Shown here: positions 38,231 to 51,335 of the stretch, in pieces | Layout: each line of letters begins with the position of its first letter | Numbering within the stretch: the stretch's first letter is position 1 | The notes under the pieces: generated by a model | What the model was told of the DNA's origin: nothing | The model's database searches: none | What the model saw: only the letters and a program-made list of their open reading frames with translations | Program-made: the position numbers and the translations under genes | Source: Glaucostegus cemiculus | Lineage: Eukaryota | Reading direction: 5' to 3' | Assembly: GCA_976551045.1 (NCBI GenBank) | Contig: CDPCPM010000247.1 | Coordinates: 3,472,001-3,536,000 of the forward strand | Length of the DNA: 64,000 bases

Positions 38231-39049
38231 AATAGTTTTGCACCAACTACCCTTTCTGCTTTCTCAATAACCAGTAAAGTTCAATTAATCATAGCTTATC
38301 ATTAGAGATTCTAGGGAATTTCTTAACTTAATTCTGAAAAAGAAGGGCCCAAAAATTGTACCACACCAGGAATTGCAACTAACCTAATGACATGCAGCAT
38401 GTCTTGTGTAGAGCAAGCCAAGGAATTCAGGCAGGTTGCAGGTGGCATTGTTGCAGTGGGAAGAGCCCCAAGAGAGGAGGGATAAGGGTTGGAGATTCTC
38501 TGGAGCTGGGCAGTGGGGGAGAGGCATCATGGGGTAAAGGGGCAGGAGAAATCAAGACTAAGGTTGAGATTGAACTTTGGGTAGGGGGGTAGAGATCTGT
38601 GGCTGGCGTGTAGTGGATCAGGGTTGTGATCAGGTGGTGGGAGGATTGAGGTCACAAGCAGCTGGTGGAAGAGGGGTCCAGGCTGGGTTACATCAGTTTG
38701 GGATATGATTGTGGGGAGCCAAAGCAGATGCAATGGAAGTCTATGGTACGAGCTGAGTACAAAGCTTAAAATTGTACTACCTGTGGGCATTGGACTGCAT
38801 AGCCTTGGACAGACGCGTCATTTTATGTGTTATAGAAGACCATTCACTGTGAATGGCATGCAGAAGTGACTTCAAAGCAAGCCTTGCATGGTTGTGCTCA
38901 ATAAGGAATCAAACCATGGACAAGGAGGGTCTGGAAATATTTGGGAATCTTTACAAAATCTGCCTTACTGATAAAACCTATTCTATAACATGCAGAATGC
39001 TACACAACAGAATATAACTTGTAGGGCAATGTATTGATTTTGGAGATGA

Positions 39050-39420
39050 CCCACCATTGCCAATACATCCTTTCTAAAGTATGGTAGCCTAAACTGCTCA
39101 CAGTTTATCAAGGGTTATTTAACCAGAACTTCACAAAGTTGTAACATAACTTCTCCAGCCCTTTATACAAAAAACAGCATTCAATTAGCCTTCTTGATTA
39201 TTTTCTATGCCTACTCATAATGTCTTAATGAACCTTAAGCCTCTGTGGACTTCCACTGCTTCTAGCTTTTTTACAATCTTTTTTTTGATCAGCTCTGCCT
39301 CCAATGAAATTTATTTGCTACAGTTTAGTTCATTCACCTAATCTTTTAATCCCTTTGTAATTAATGCTTCTATCTACACAGCCTACAATGCTGCCTGTCT
39401 TCATGTCCTTGGGAGGCTAA
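39050..39420 (-). mobile_element. Decayed CR1 fragment
   Basis: tatggtagcctaaactgctcacagt and agcattcaattagccttcttgattatt are reverse complements of YC.QFW.P and V.KAN.ML. Confidence 0.55.
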
Positions 39421-39580
39421 CCCCTCCACTCCCATACATGGCTTTCTAGAAAGAGCAAAAACTTACTTTAATTATTTTCTGGCCAGTTTTACATTCTGAT
39501 ATTTTTTTTCAGACACTTAAGAAAGGAATGAGAGGGATAAAGCAAGGTATCCAAATCCCTAATTATGATTAATATAATTA

Positions 39581-40137
39581 ATCATAGAATCATAGAAACG
39601 TACAGCTTAAAAATGGACCACTTTGTCCATGCTGACCATGATGTCCATCTACTTTAATCTCATTTGCCTATACTAGGCCCACATCCCCCTACTCCTTTCC
39701 TATCCACGTATCTGTCCAAATACCTTTTAAATGTTGTAAGAGTATCTGCCTCCTCTAGCAGCTTGTTCCAAATATTCACCACTGTCTATGTGAAATACTT
39801 ATTCCTTAGATCTCCTTCTTCACTCTCATCTTCAACCGTGTCCTCCAGCTCTAGACTCTCAACTCTCCTGCCTTGGGAAAAAGATTATGACTATCTATTC
39901 TATCTATGCTCCTCATCATTTTGCAAACCTCTGTAAGGTTATCCCTCAGCCTCCTACATCACAGTGTGAATAAACTCAGTTTATCCAGTCTCTCGTTATA
40001 ACTATAGCCCTCCATTCCAGGCAACATCCTGACGAATCTCATTTTGTGTTCTCTCTGTTGCTACCATATCCTTCCTGTAGTGTGGCAACCAGAACTGGAC
40101 ACAATAATGCAAGTGCAGCCAAACCTATGTTTTGTAA
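39581..40137 (-). mobile_element. CR1 LINE 3' end
   Basis: Starts with the atcatagaatcatagaa tail and includes gcaaccagaactggacacaata (YCVQFW.P on the minus strand). Confidence 0.85.
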
Positions 40138-40558
40138 GATTAAAATTACTTTGGAAAACCTGGATTTTCAAATCTCCTAAATTCTCACAAAAAACTGCAA
40201 AACAAAATGAATGATTCACATGGCCTGGTTCAATTGGTTGGTGTAATTTTATCCAGTTGATGTGCTCAGTGAAATTGGAGCTTTTAAGTAGGCATCTGTG
40301 ACCTGTGGCACATTCTCTATAGAACTGCAGTGTTATTGTTATCTGTATTGCAGTTAACTCAGAGCTAACCTCACAAATTAAATCACTAATGATATAAATG
40401 TAATATGTACTAAACTATCATTTCCTTTATCATTCCATTTAAGAACTGGAAATACAATCCATCTAAAGTTACAACCATACCAACAAGCAATATTAAGCAC
40501 AAATTTCTTACTTTCATTGCAGCCTATTCTAGCAAGAGAAAGCAACAAAAGGCACAGG

Positions 40559-40645
40559 TTCTGATGAAAGGACATTAACCTGAAATATTTCTTCACAGAC
40601 AGTGCCTGACCTGCTAAGTATATGCAGGATTTTCTATTTTATTAC
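40559..40645 (-). mobile_element. Penelope-terminus fragment
   Basis: ttctgatgaaagg..cacagacagtgcctgacctgctaagtat..gatttctatttttatt matches the right arm of the 11.2 kb element. Confidence 0.6.
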
Positions 40646-41049
40646 AAAAAGTCTTGCATGTTCAATAGGCAGCAAATGAAAGAACACGGGAGATAAAATC
40701 ATTTCTGGCCAGCTCTCCCATCTGACATTGACCTAAGAGTTGGACTTCAAAGTGGTTTGGAAGATGATTTTGCCAATCAATGAGCGTAGTACATTTGACC
40801 TAAGAAGCAAGGGGGTTTTACCTCAAATTAACAAGGTAGAATATTTAAAGAATAATGCAGTCACCTCATCTTGGAGTAACATCTTAGGTTAATGATGATG
40901 AACTGCCGTAAAATTTTCTCTAATGGTTTACATTGTAAATTCCCAGCAAACCACTTTGCTCTTGTACTGTATGCTCAGTATGTAGAGAAGGAGTTGGATC
41001 TAATAAGATGATTCTGGCTCAAAGAATATACAATTCTGTACATTTCTCA

Positions 41050-41765
41050 TACTCAATGTCAACAAGACCAAGGAATTGATTGTGGACTTCAGGAAGAGGA
41101 AGTCTTGAGAACACACACCAGTCCTCATTGAGAGGACAGCGGTGGAACTGGTGAGCAGCTTCAAGTTACTGGGCAACAACATCTCAGAGGATCTATCCTG
41201 GGCCCAACACACTGATGCAGTCACAAAGAAGGCACGCCGCTCTACTTCATGAGGGGTTTGAGGAGATTTAGTACATCACCAAAGACTCTTGCAAATTTCT
41301 ACAGATGTATGGTGGAGGGCATACTGATTGGTTGCATCACCGCCTGGTATGGAGGCTCCAATGTGCAGGATCAAAAGTGTCTGCAGAGGGTTTTAGACTT
41401 AGCCAGTTCCATCACCAGCACAACCCTCCCCACCACTGAGGATATCTTCAAGTGGCAGTGCTTCAGGAAGGTGGCATCCATCATTAAGGACCCTCACCAT
41501 CCGGGACATACCCTCTTCACATTACTTCCATTGGGGAGGAGGTACAGGAACGAAGACCCACATTCAATGTTTCAAGAACAGCTTCTTCACCTCTGCCATC
41601 AGATTTCTGAACGGTCCATGAACACTACCCCGTTATTTCTCTTTTGCACTATTTGTTTTTGTAATTTATAAAAATTCTTATGTCTTTATGTCTTGCACTG
41701 TACTGTTGTCAGAAAACAACAAATTTAATGACACTATGTCAGAGATAATAAACCTGATTCTGATT
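41050..41765 (+). mobile_element. Rex1/Babar non-LTR retrotransposon, 5'-truncated
   Basis: LNVNKTKELIVDFRK; ORF 41249-41671 LANFYRCMVEGILIGCITAWYG..IIKDPHHPGH; tail aataaacctgattctgat. Confidence 0.9.
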
Positions 41766-42149
41766 TATATTATTTCTGTGAGCCAGAATCTACTTCTAGC
41801 AGTCAACTATTAATGCAAGTCTAACACAGATAAATTTGAGACTTCTCATGAGACATATCTGCATGTTTTGAAGTATTAAGTTATAATTTATTTCTATCAG
41901 TTAACAAAAAGCAATAGAAGGTAAATCTAGCATTTGTTTGCATAGAAATTTCTTTGAGATTTCAAATGAAATACCAAAAATGATATTCATACGAATGCTT
42001 TTCAGTAACAGTCTTGATACAGATGTAACGAGATATGTTTTGACCACATAGTGCATGATGGTCAGCATGGTTTCAACTGGCCAAAGACCCCCTTTTCCAC
42101 ACTGTATAACTCTATTACTTGATTCCTTTTTTTAGTGGCTTGAGACTTT

Positions 42150-44333
42150 TTAATTCCCTAACTTCTGCTTAAATTTATTTGACTCTGTGTAATATGATTC
42201 AATATCTATTTTAATAGCTTTCCTCTGCACAAAACCATTCCTATTCATTTCTTAAGTATAACTCAGAAATCATTGTTTGCAGTGCTCATTATCAATTGTT
42301 CATTGAGATAAATTCTTTAGGGAGTTTATTATCAGTGGTTACTGATTCTGAATTGTTACATTTTTATACAAGCAAGTAACAGCACATCTACTAAACTTCA
42401 TGTCTATTCATTAATATTAACTATTACCTGAAGAGAAATGCCAATGTCTAGTAGATGGCTTGAATATTTTAAATTTAAGGCATTGGATTAATATGACCAT
42501 TAATAATTCCACAACCATTGTAAAAATGTAAATGTCAAAACATGATGATAAGGTTGTACAGGGTTCAGACCACTGATCTAACAAGAATACTTGGAATAAT
42601 GCAATATATAAAGTTGATCAAATGCAAGACATATTACCATAGCTTTTTCTGAAACTTGGCTTCATTTCAGTATCATAGGATGGATCTGTCACAGCAAGTT
42701 GACTTCAACATTTTGGATAGCAGTTTCCCTCTGCTACTCATCCCGCTCAAAGGAACCTTAGCAAGAATTGGTGACATAGCTGCACTTTTTTGGTCATCAT
42801 TGTTCCATTTGTCAAGTTTTAAAAGGCCATGATGATTCAAATTTCTAACTGTCTTAATGCACTGAAAGGGCGTTCAAGTAGAAGCTCTCTGTGGCACAAC
42901 TAAAACCATGCAATAAAGTGGCATCAATTGCACTAGTAAATCACAATGTAGTGTTGCACTGGAGACAAATAGTTTAAGAGTGTAATGTATGACAAGGGTT
43001 GTTGTCTTCCAATGCAATGTTCCATAGATGGACTGACAAGTACAGATTTGGCAGTGCTGTGCTTTAAGTATTTGCTTTGTGAGGATTTAAGGTACAGGTG
43101 TCTTTATGCCACATGGTGCAACCTCAGTTGTTTACACTCCATTAAATAATTGTCTTCCCAATTATGTGTTAGAATTTTCAAAGGTGAATTGGTTGCATGA
43201 GAAATAAACTTACATTACAGTCCACTAAAGTTTCTCTCCAAATGAATTGCAAAAACCACCTAAAACTGCCCATGCAATTCATATTATTTTCATATGTGTT
43301 GTCTTTATTCCTCAGCATGAATTTATTGTTGCATTATATGTCTAAAGTCAAAATTTGGAGGTTGTTAATTATCTGCCAATTTCTGTTGCTCACTCTGTGG
43401 CAGAGAATAGAGGTTCCATTTCATTAATAAAGAAAACTTGTAGTGTTCATTTGAAAACTTATAGCCATGGATTTCTGTACTCATGTGCCATGTCTATTAA
43501 CGGTATTGATAACATCCAGAGCTGTGCCAGACCTGTTCGTGCATTGCATCAACCCATTAGAACCTAGAAAGTGTTGAATGAAACTTACTTAAGTGTCTAG
43601 GTCTTTTGAGGTACCTGGTAAAAGTAAGGAAGGACAATAGGTTCTATTGGGAAACTATCTCAGGCACACCAACTGAAAGGATAAACAGTTCCAATCATTG
43701 TTCCACAGAACTGAGGACTGTTTTGATTTGAAATACGAAACTGCTGATCATTGTTAAACTGTGCTGCAGTCCTCAATTTTCTGCTTTATGATAGGACCTG
43801 TTAAGTGTTTTTGTTTAACTGCATTTTTCTTTTTTTTTTGCACTTTTTCAGCTTTTGAAGTAATTCAAACTCAAACCAGAGACCACAGAAAATTGGTCAA
43901 CATTCCACCTGATGTTGTGCAATGAGATGTGGAATGGAGCCTGCCCACTGTCAAGAGGGCTACTGTGTATCATTTAGCCAATGCAAATGCCATTGGAATC
44001 ATTCCTGTTTGTATGTCCAAGATAGAGTATTTAGTGTTAATAATATGAAATTCAAGAGATTCTAAGAGTTATGGAATTCCAAATACCAACATCCCTTTAT
44101 CAACTTACAATTTGGGTGTCTAGGGTTATTTTAGGATCCAAAGGGTTCAATAGAAACAGTTGTAACTTGGTGCTTTACCTTTTCTTTTACCAAAATTTGC
44201 ATAGAACAGTTCACTGCAATAAGTCTGGTCAATGTCATGTGACCATAGTAAATCTTACAGAAAAAAATACAAATTCTAAAAAACTACAGTAACATTGTTT
44301 CTTAGCTCAGCACTGATGTCCAATCACGGTGAC
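42150..44333 (-). other. Probable ERC1 3'UTR (end uncertain)
   Basis: Repeat-free AT-rich sequence directly after the ERC1 stop. Minus-strand AATAAA occurs at 43322-43327, 43304-43309, 42325-42330 and 42174-42179. Confidence 0.55.
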
Positions 44334-44471
44334 TCACGAGGATTCTTCTAAGGCATTGACTACCAGTTCAAGGATGTCAGGGCAGTGGTCTGCGATCTGC
44401 TGCAGGATAGTGTTGGCGTAGTCCTGAAGTTGTGAACTTTCTTTTTCACACTGTTCAAGCTCAGCGTTCAG
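44334..44471 (-). CDS. ERC1: Terminal coding exon of ELKS/RAB6-interacting/CAST family member 1 (C-terminal FIP-RBD-like segment)
   Basis: Acceptor CATTTTTGTTTTGAAG|CTG, then 45 codons LNAELEQCEKESSQLQDYANTILQQIADHCPDILELVVNALEESS and TGA. Colinear and equal in length to the recalled human ERC1 last exon LQDELEKGERDNAELQEFANAILQQIADHCPDILEQVVNALEESS*. ERC family membership is near certain; ERC1 over ERC2 is slightly less so. Confidence 0.92.
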   Translation of the reverse strand: MNAELEQCEKESSQLQDYANTILQQIADHCPDILELVVNALEESS

Positions 44472-47335
44472 CTTCAAAACAAAAATGGACACAACAGATC
44501 TTTATCAATTCCACTGAAGTCAGAAGACTTTCTTTGTGTATCATGAACACTTTGTAGATATCACTCAATCTTCAAGACATTATGACAAAGAACTCCATTT
44601 ATATTCTTCACTGACAGAAATATATAGCGAGAATTCTGCTCACTACAGCTTTTCTAAATGTGCTCTTAAAAACTCTTCACCCAGGAACAATGTTTGGTGC
44701 TCAGTTTAAATAAAAGTTCAAGTGACTTTCAGTGAGGTTTTTTGCATAATCAATGCATGCTTGGGTTGGACCCAATCTTCCATCCATCAGCATTGTAGTT
44801 ATTTCTCTTGAAGATGCTGTGTTCTTTAGATGTGAAGGACATTAACATTTATGATAATATCATAAACGGTGTAAGGTGCAGTGTAATTGCCAAGCTCGGG
44901 AAGGCGAAGGAGGGAAGAAATGATCTTATTTAATTCCTCTCAATTTGCAGTTGCCGAAGAGTTTACAAAGCATAAACTTCCTGATACCATTTTGTATTAA
45001 GATTTCATGGCTACAATCTTCAAAGAGCACAAGGATAAGCATTCCTATGGGTGATATTAAAATGTACCACATTGAACAAATAGATTGTGCATATATTTAC
45101 AATTTCAAAATTTTGGATATGGAGTTTTATTACATCAACTCATTAACATGATTTTTTAAAAATACAAATGCATTTTATGCAGAAAAATGATGTACATATC
45201 TATTAAAATGAAACATTTGTATACTTTAGTATACTACTTTGCTCAGCTTTAGAAAACTCCTTTTCATTCCTGAGCACTGGTCCCCAGGTTTTATGCTTTC
45301 AGATGTAACTCAATCTCTGACCAAATCCCTAATGAAAGAATTATCATCTGAAAGAACCATCATCTGAAACCATCTCAGTTGTAAATGAGTGTGACTGGTG
45401 TTATCATTTGTATACTTACTACAGCTATTTCAAATGTTCTATTTTAACATCAATGGTAATTTATTTTAAATATATAGGTTAATGCCTCCATTGAGAGGAC
45501 TTTAATCTGTGCAAAAAACTTTTATTTGATAACAGCGTACAGTCATCTCCAGTCTTACATATATATGTTATATGAAGTGATACATTCTGCTCATTTCTCC
45601 TTTGACAGTGACAAACTAAATTATTTTGCTTCCAGTTTTAATCTCCAAAGTCTAACAGATGTCTTCCAGTTTCCATTATTCAGTGATGCAAACATTTCAC
45701 CTGCAGACTGAAAAGATATTTGTAGAAAATGGGAAAATATGATAAATCTGAGGCCAAGAAATACTAATTTGAGACAAACTATATGCAATATTGTGGATAA
45801 TTGTACTAGAGACGAAAGTATTATAGATAAAAGATGCTGAAAAAAATACCTAAGGCAGGATTTTGAAGCGTAATGAAACATTCCTCTGGTGACAATCTTT
45901 TACTGGCTCCCCTAAACTTGTGCTGGCAAAGAGTACTTTATATTGAAAGATGACTATCTCACCAACCTTGTACAGAAAAGCTAAATTGAACAAAACCAAC
46001 CAACCAGTCAGGTTAGTGTGAACATCTCTGAATGAACACCATCTTCCCCACCCCTAAGATTCCAAGTATACAATATGGTGTATTTATATGTTACCACTCA
46101 CAGTACATATTCCAATTACTTTCCAGATTTACATCATATCAGCATGACATAAAATTTTCTTTTGCTTATATTGCATGAACAATATCCAGAAGGTCTTCTT
46201 TACACAGGTTCCAGCCCCCTGCTATTCAATGGTAGCAGGACCTTAAACTGTAGCCTTTCCCCTTTGACCTGCTGCAATGATTGCATCAACCCTCAACAAA
46301 CAGGCCTGCATGCTGTAATGAACCAACCTGCAAAGTTTACTTGTGAACAGCTCCATGAATTGGGAAAGGAGAACACTCTGGGGCAGATCACCAAGCTGAT
46401 AAAACTTCAGCAGCAGTTAATATCTGTTTCACTGCACATCCCTGGGAACAATCTGTACAGCACTGTGTCCTGTGTTACACAGCTGTATGGGATAAACCAC
46501 AAGGTAGACCACTGCATCTATTTCTAGAACCTTTTTACAAATGCAGGTTCCAGAAGGAAATGGATGAAAAGCTCTTCACCACCACTGCCACCTCAGGGCA
46601 ATGTGTGGTAGACAGTGAGGGAGGGCATTTCTTACCACCAGCCAAGCAAGGTCTTGGGAGCTTGTTTAAAAGTTCTGGTAATGAGGCATTCTCTCAAATA
46701 ACTTTCACAGTCTGCTTGGGGAACCATCCATCGAAATCCATTTTCTCTTTTACCCACAGAGCCTTGAGGACATTGGTGAAATGAACTGCCAGCTTTGGCA
46801 TATGCAATTTTATAGTTAAATTTATAATTGCCATTTTCATAGTGGTTTATGAGGAATATGTTTTCTGACCTATTATTTTGAATCTCTACCAAAAATGTTT
46901 TGTTCAGAGCAAGCTAATCTGTACAGCCACACATTGAATGTCCACTGTTGCCAAGAAGGCAGGCAGCTGACCAACTTTCCAGCAATGCTGCTAATTGTTA
47001 AGACATGTGAAAGGGAACTTGCTATCAGCCACAAGAGTGAATAATCTTCCAGGTTTCTTTGCTACCCTGCAAGAAGTGCCAGACACAGTGACATTTCAGA
47101 GAAAGCACTTCTGCAACTTGAGAAATGGGAAAAGTCTTTAAGGCACAAATTCCTATTCCAGCACTCTGCAGTAGAGTGCATTCCAGTATAGTCAGATTGC
47201 ATACCTATAAATTAATGTACCCGAGGCTTGTAATTTACAATTGTGTGCAGAGGTTATCTTCCTTTTTCTCACCCAGCCTATTAATCATTCCACCTCACAT
47301 CCTCCCAACCTGCCCTTCTACCACTACATGCCTCT

Positions 47336-47672
47336 GGGCGGCACAGTGGCACAGCTAGTAGTCAATGCCTTGCAGCATCAGAGACCCAGGATCAATCGTA
47401 ACCTTGGGTGCTGTCTGCATGGAGTTTGCATGTTCTTCCTGTGACCATATGGGTTTCCTCTAGGTGCTCCAGTTTCCTTGCACATCACAAAGATGTGCAG
47501 GTTGGTAGGTAATTGGCTACTACAATTTCCCCTTCATGTGTTGGTGAGTTGATGAGAATGGGGGGAGAATAAAAAATATATGATTAATTTATGGTTATGG
47601 ACAGTTGATAGTTGGTGTGGACTTGGTGGCTGAAAAGCCTGTTTCGTGCTGTACCTCTCTATGACTATGACT
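47336..47672 (+). mobile_element. V-SINE (HE1-like), older copy
   Basis: Head gggcggcacagtggcacagct, V-domain ggagtttgcatgttcttcctgtgacc..gggtttcctc, tail gctgtacctctctatgactatgact. Confidence 0.85.
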
Positions 47673-48939
47673 TCTTAATACTATTCACCAGGTGAAGTGT
47701 GCATAGACCATTGCATCTGCCTTAAGTAACTTAGATGTTTACAGTCTAAAATCCAATGAAGGTCTTTCATTAAGAATCAGTGAAGACATTCAAAGTTAAA
47801 ACAATCTATTAACATGAGAAATGTTATATAGCTTGGCTTACACAAAAAACACACACAATTGAAAATACTTAAAGGCTCGAATTTCAATGTACATTGTTCT
47901 AAAAGGTCTACAATTTTGCAGATGTAAGGTATGCACTAAATTGTGAAGTATGTTCATCAAAGCACAAAGAACAACAGCTACAAAAAATCAGCCTCTCAAT
48001 TTTCGATTTTAAGTGCTTGTTATTAGAAACAATGGATTGTTGGCTTATTTGGTTATCAAAGGACCATTAGCTCCTCCTTAAGCGAATCCCACATTTAATG
48101 TGATCGTATCTTCAGGGGAAAAAAGGGTAACCTGATTAGTTAATGAGTAACCTATTTGGTTATACTTCATTTGATGTGAATCAGATCAGTTAAATATACT
48201 CATGCTTCGTGGCTTGCAGTAATGTAGGATTCCTAAAACTTGTGTTTCCATTTTGCAAGGAAAATATGAAGATAAATCACAATTAAGATGTATGGAATGC
48301 AACATCAGAAAAATAACAAACCTGTTTTTGGGTGTAAAATTATCAGTATTCTTTCTGGAATCACATAGTGTGATCAACAGTTGGGTTATGAGGTGATGAA
48401 ATCAAATAGTGTGCTGATAAGAATGACTGTTATTAGAATAATGCTGTAGGGAATTATTTCATGATTCAATACTCTCAATGGGGAGTGTTTTCTCAGAGTT
48501 CCAGAAGTGCAATCAATGATTTACCAACTAAAAATAGATGTGCTCACTATGTACTCCCCATTGGAGCCCATCCCTATCCTGAGCTATGTCTGATGTCTCC
48601 TTGTCTTCCCAATGTCTGCTCTCAATACAGAGAGGGTAGAATTTAGTATGTTTCAGGAAAATAAAGGGACATTTATATACCTGAAATCCAACCTAAAATG
48701 AAACTGGTTTGTCTAAACAGAAATACATTATGAAGAGAGAGATAGGCACAGCCATCTTGTGTCTGCTATATATAGTTCCCTCATTCATTGTAGCATTTTT
48801 CTATGCTCTTGTTCTATAATGGTGCACAACTCTGAATTCAAGCATTCAATATAAATTTAATCCAAATACCTGGTATCTTTTGCATTGGATTACATGATGC
48901 TGGTTGGAAGATTAAGAGATCCTCATTTTAAGGTGATAA

Positions 48940-49134
48940 CTATTTGCACCTGGCTTCCATTGACCCTCATTGTCATGTTTTTTTTAATGCTTTTTTTTTG
49001 TTCAGTGCGTCTGTGTGTCTCTGCTGTTTGTTATTTAATGGGACGAGCACCTGAGGAGGACGGTATCTCGCTCCTATGCATACTATGTATGTATATGGTT
49101 GTGACAATAAAACTGATTCTGATTCTGATTCTGA
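48940..49134 (+). mobile_element. Short 3' end of a Rex/Babar-type LINE or partner SINE with a (GATTCT)n tail
   Basis: Ends in gtgacaataaaactgattctgattctgattctga. Paralogous to 37575-37722. Confidence 0.65.
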
Positions 49135-49679
49135 TGTTAATGGCTTTGAATTTATGGCAGATTTGCCTAACATCTCCATGATTTGTAACATCCCCTTGCC
49201 AACATGTCAAAATATTTGTATAGTCTAATCTATGACAAATCACTGCCTCTGAGAAGAATTTACCAGAGGTTATAATGAGAGAAGAAATTCCCTGGGTGGT
49301 GTTACAAGAGTTTTGCTCCATTATCACCCCATGCTTGTTTCCTTAGTGGGTCTTTCCCATTCAAACCACTCTTCTTTTTTGGCTGATGATTGCTGTCTGT
49401 GAGCAGCTTTGATTCACTGACTCCATTTCTTAGCAGGTTTACCTTCTAGTTTACCAAAGTACCAGGAAAAGTTTTCTCAACTATATTTAAACACATATTT
49501 ATGAACAGCATTTTAATGACAAATTTTGGTCAAATGTTCCCTATTCATCACGGCCAGGGATGAAAAGTAGAAACAAATGGACAGCACAAATCATTCCTAG
49601 ATAATTTGAAATCCAATGCAACTATGTTAAAGAAAGGAAATAAATGAAAATCTAAATGTACAGGAGGGTCTCTCTGCAA

Positions 49680-50580
49680 GACTGTCACTGAGAAAGTCAT
49701 AAGAAGAGTTTTCCTCAGTCACATCCTCCCCATAGTCAATGAACTACTCCCTGAGTCACAGTACAGATTCCATCCAACAACGACCATGATTTTCACCATG
49801 TAAGAACAACAAGAAAAATTCAGGGTAAAGCCTCAGAAACCATATGTGTACTTTCTCTACTGAGTCAACAAAGAGTTGTGGAGAATCCTTCTCAAGTTTG
49901 GCTGCCATCTGACACCTGATATCCAAACTCTGCCTGCTGCACTATGACCTGCAAGCTGTCATATTAACCAATGGGTTTACCACAGACCCAATCTCATTGG
50001 CATCATGCAAAACTGTGTCACTGCTGTAACCCTCATATTAATCTTCCTCACTGCCATATTGCTCTTGTGTTAAGAAGCTCCCTGATGGAGTGAGAATTAC
50101 ACTACAGAGTGAATGGGAAACTGTTCAACCGTTGTTGCCTTCACTCTAGAACCACGGTCATGCCAGCCTCAGCCAACAAGCTGCAGTACATGGCTGATAC
50201 TGCGTATGTGCACATATGGAGGATGAGTTCTAAGCATTTGCTGACTCAGTTGCTGAGGCATATGAGAGAACAGGTCTTACACCAAACATCTGTAAGACAA
50301 AAACTTTTGAGCAACCTGCTCCTACAATATAACACACCCTGCTGACAATAAAGGCCAACATTAGAAACCAGGGAAGATATGAATCACTTTCCATATCTCA
50401 GCAGCCATCTCTCAACAAAGGCAGACATTGATGACTAAATTCACTTTTGTTTAAATGAACTAGCAAAATCTTTGGCCAGGAAAAGAGAACTTGAAGATCA
50501 AGACCTGAAATCTGGCATTCATCTTTTAGTCTACTAAATAGCATTAATCCCAATCCTCTTGTATGCTTTGGAGACATAGT
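49680..50580 (+). mobile_element. RTE-clade LINE RT remnant
   Basis: NGKLFN..LH, LQYMADTA (cf. LQYADD) and HFPYLSSHLSTKADIDD (cf. HFPYLGS.LS..ADIDDEI). Confidence 0.75.
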
Positions 50581-51057
50581 TTAATTTAATTTTGCACTAG
50601 CTAGCTTTCTTTCTCTGTTTCTGATCAAATTCATTTGCTTTATCACAGATATATAATCTTTAATTAATCACATAATTATGCAAATTTTTAAAATACAACT
50701 GATTTTTTTTCCTGTTCCCTATAGTATTTAATGTTTTCCCAAATATCTTTGTATTTTGTATTTTCTTTAATTTGATGCACTTAGTTAGTGTACAGCATAC
50801 AAAGTACTAGAAGTCTTGTAATAAATGTAACCACTTTTGCAATTGACCTATTTATACCTGGTGCTAATACATCACATTATTCTTTCTGTGATGAGCAAAA
50901 ATTTACCCTGTTCCCAGAATCAAGTACATGTAGATCATGTACAGCACCACTTACAAAGTACAGGTTAGCTCTGTCCGAAATGTATGCTGTATGCCAACAA
51001 ATTGCATAACTGACTAACTCAGAACAAGGATATGACATTTCCTTTCATCTCCACATA

Positions 51058-51335
51058 CAGACAGTCCCCGGGTAACAAAGTGGTTCCATTTTTACAGATG
51101 TCCATAAGTCGATTTTGTCCAAAAGTACACAAAAATCACTCTATATGGTAACCATACCTTCACAGGATTGTAATGAATGGCATCAAAAACACATAAAACT
51201 GATAAGATCAATTACTAAAAGTGGAGGGAGAGAGGAACCATGTTCTACCATTCAAAGGAATGAACTTATGTCTATACGTCAGACTTTTGCAGGGGTTATC
51301 CATAAGTTGGGTATTCTTAGCCTGGGGACAGTCTG
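51058..51335. mobile_element. Tigger/Tc1-mariner-type MITE
   Basis: TA|CAGACAGTCCCCGGG ... CCTGGGGACAGTCTG|TA terminal inverted repeats with a TA target duplication. Confidence 0.85.
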
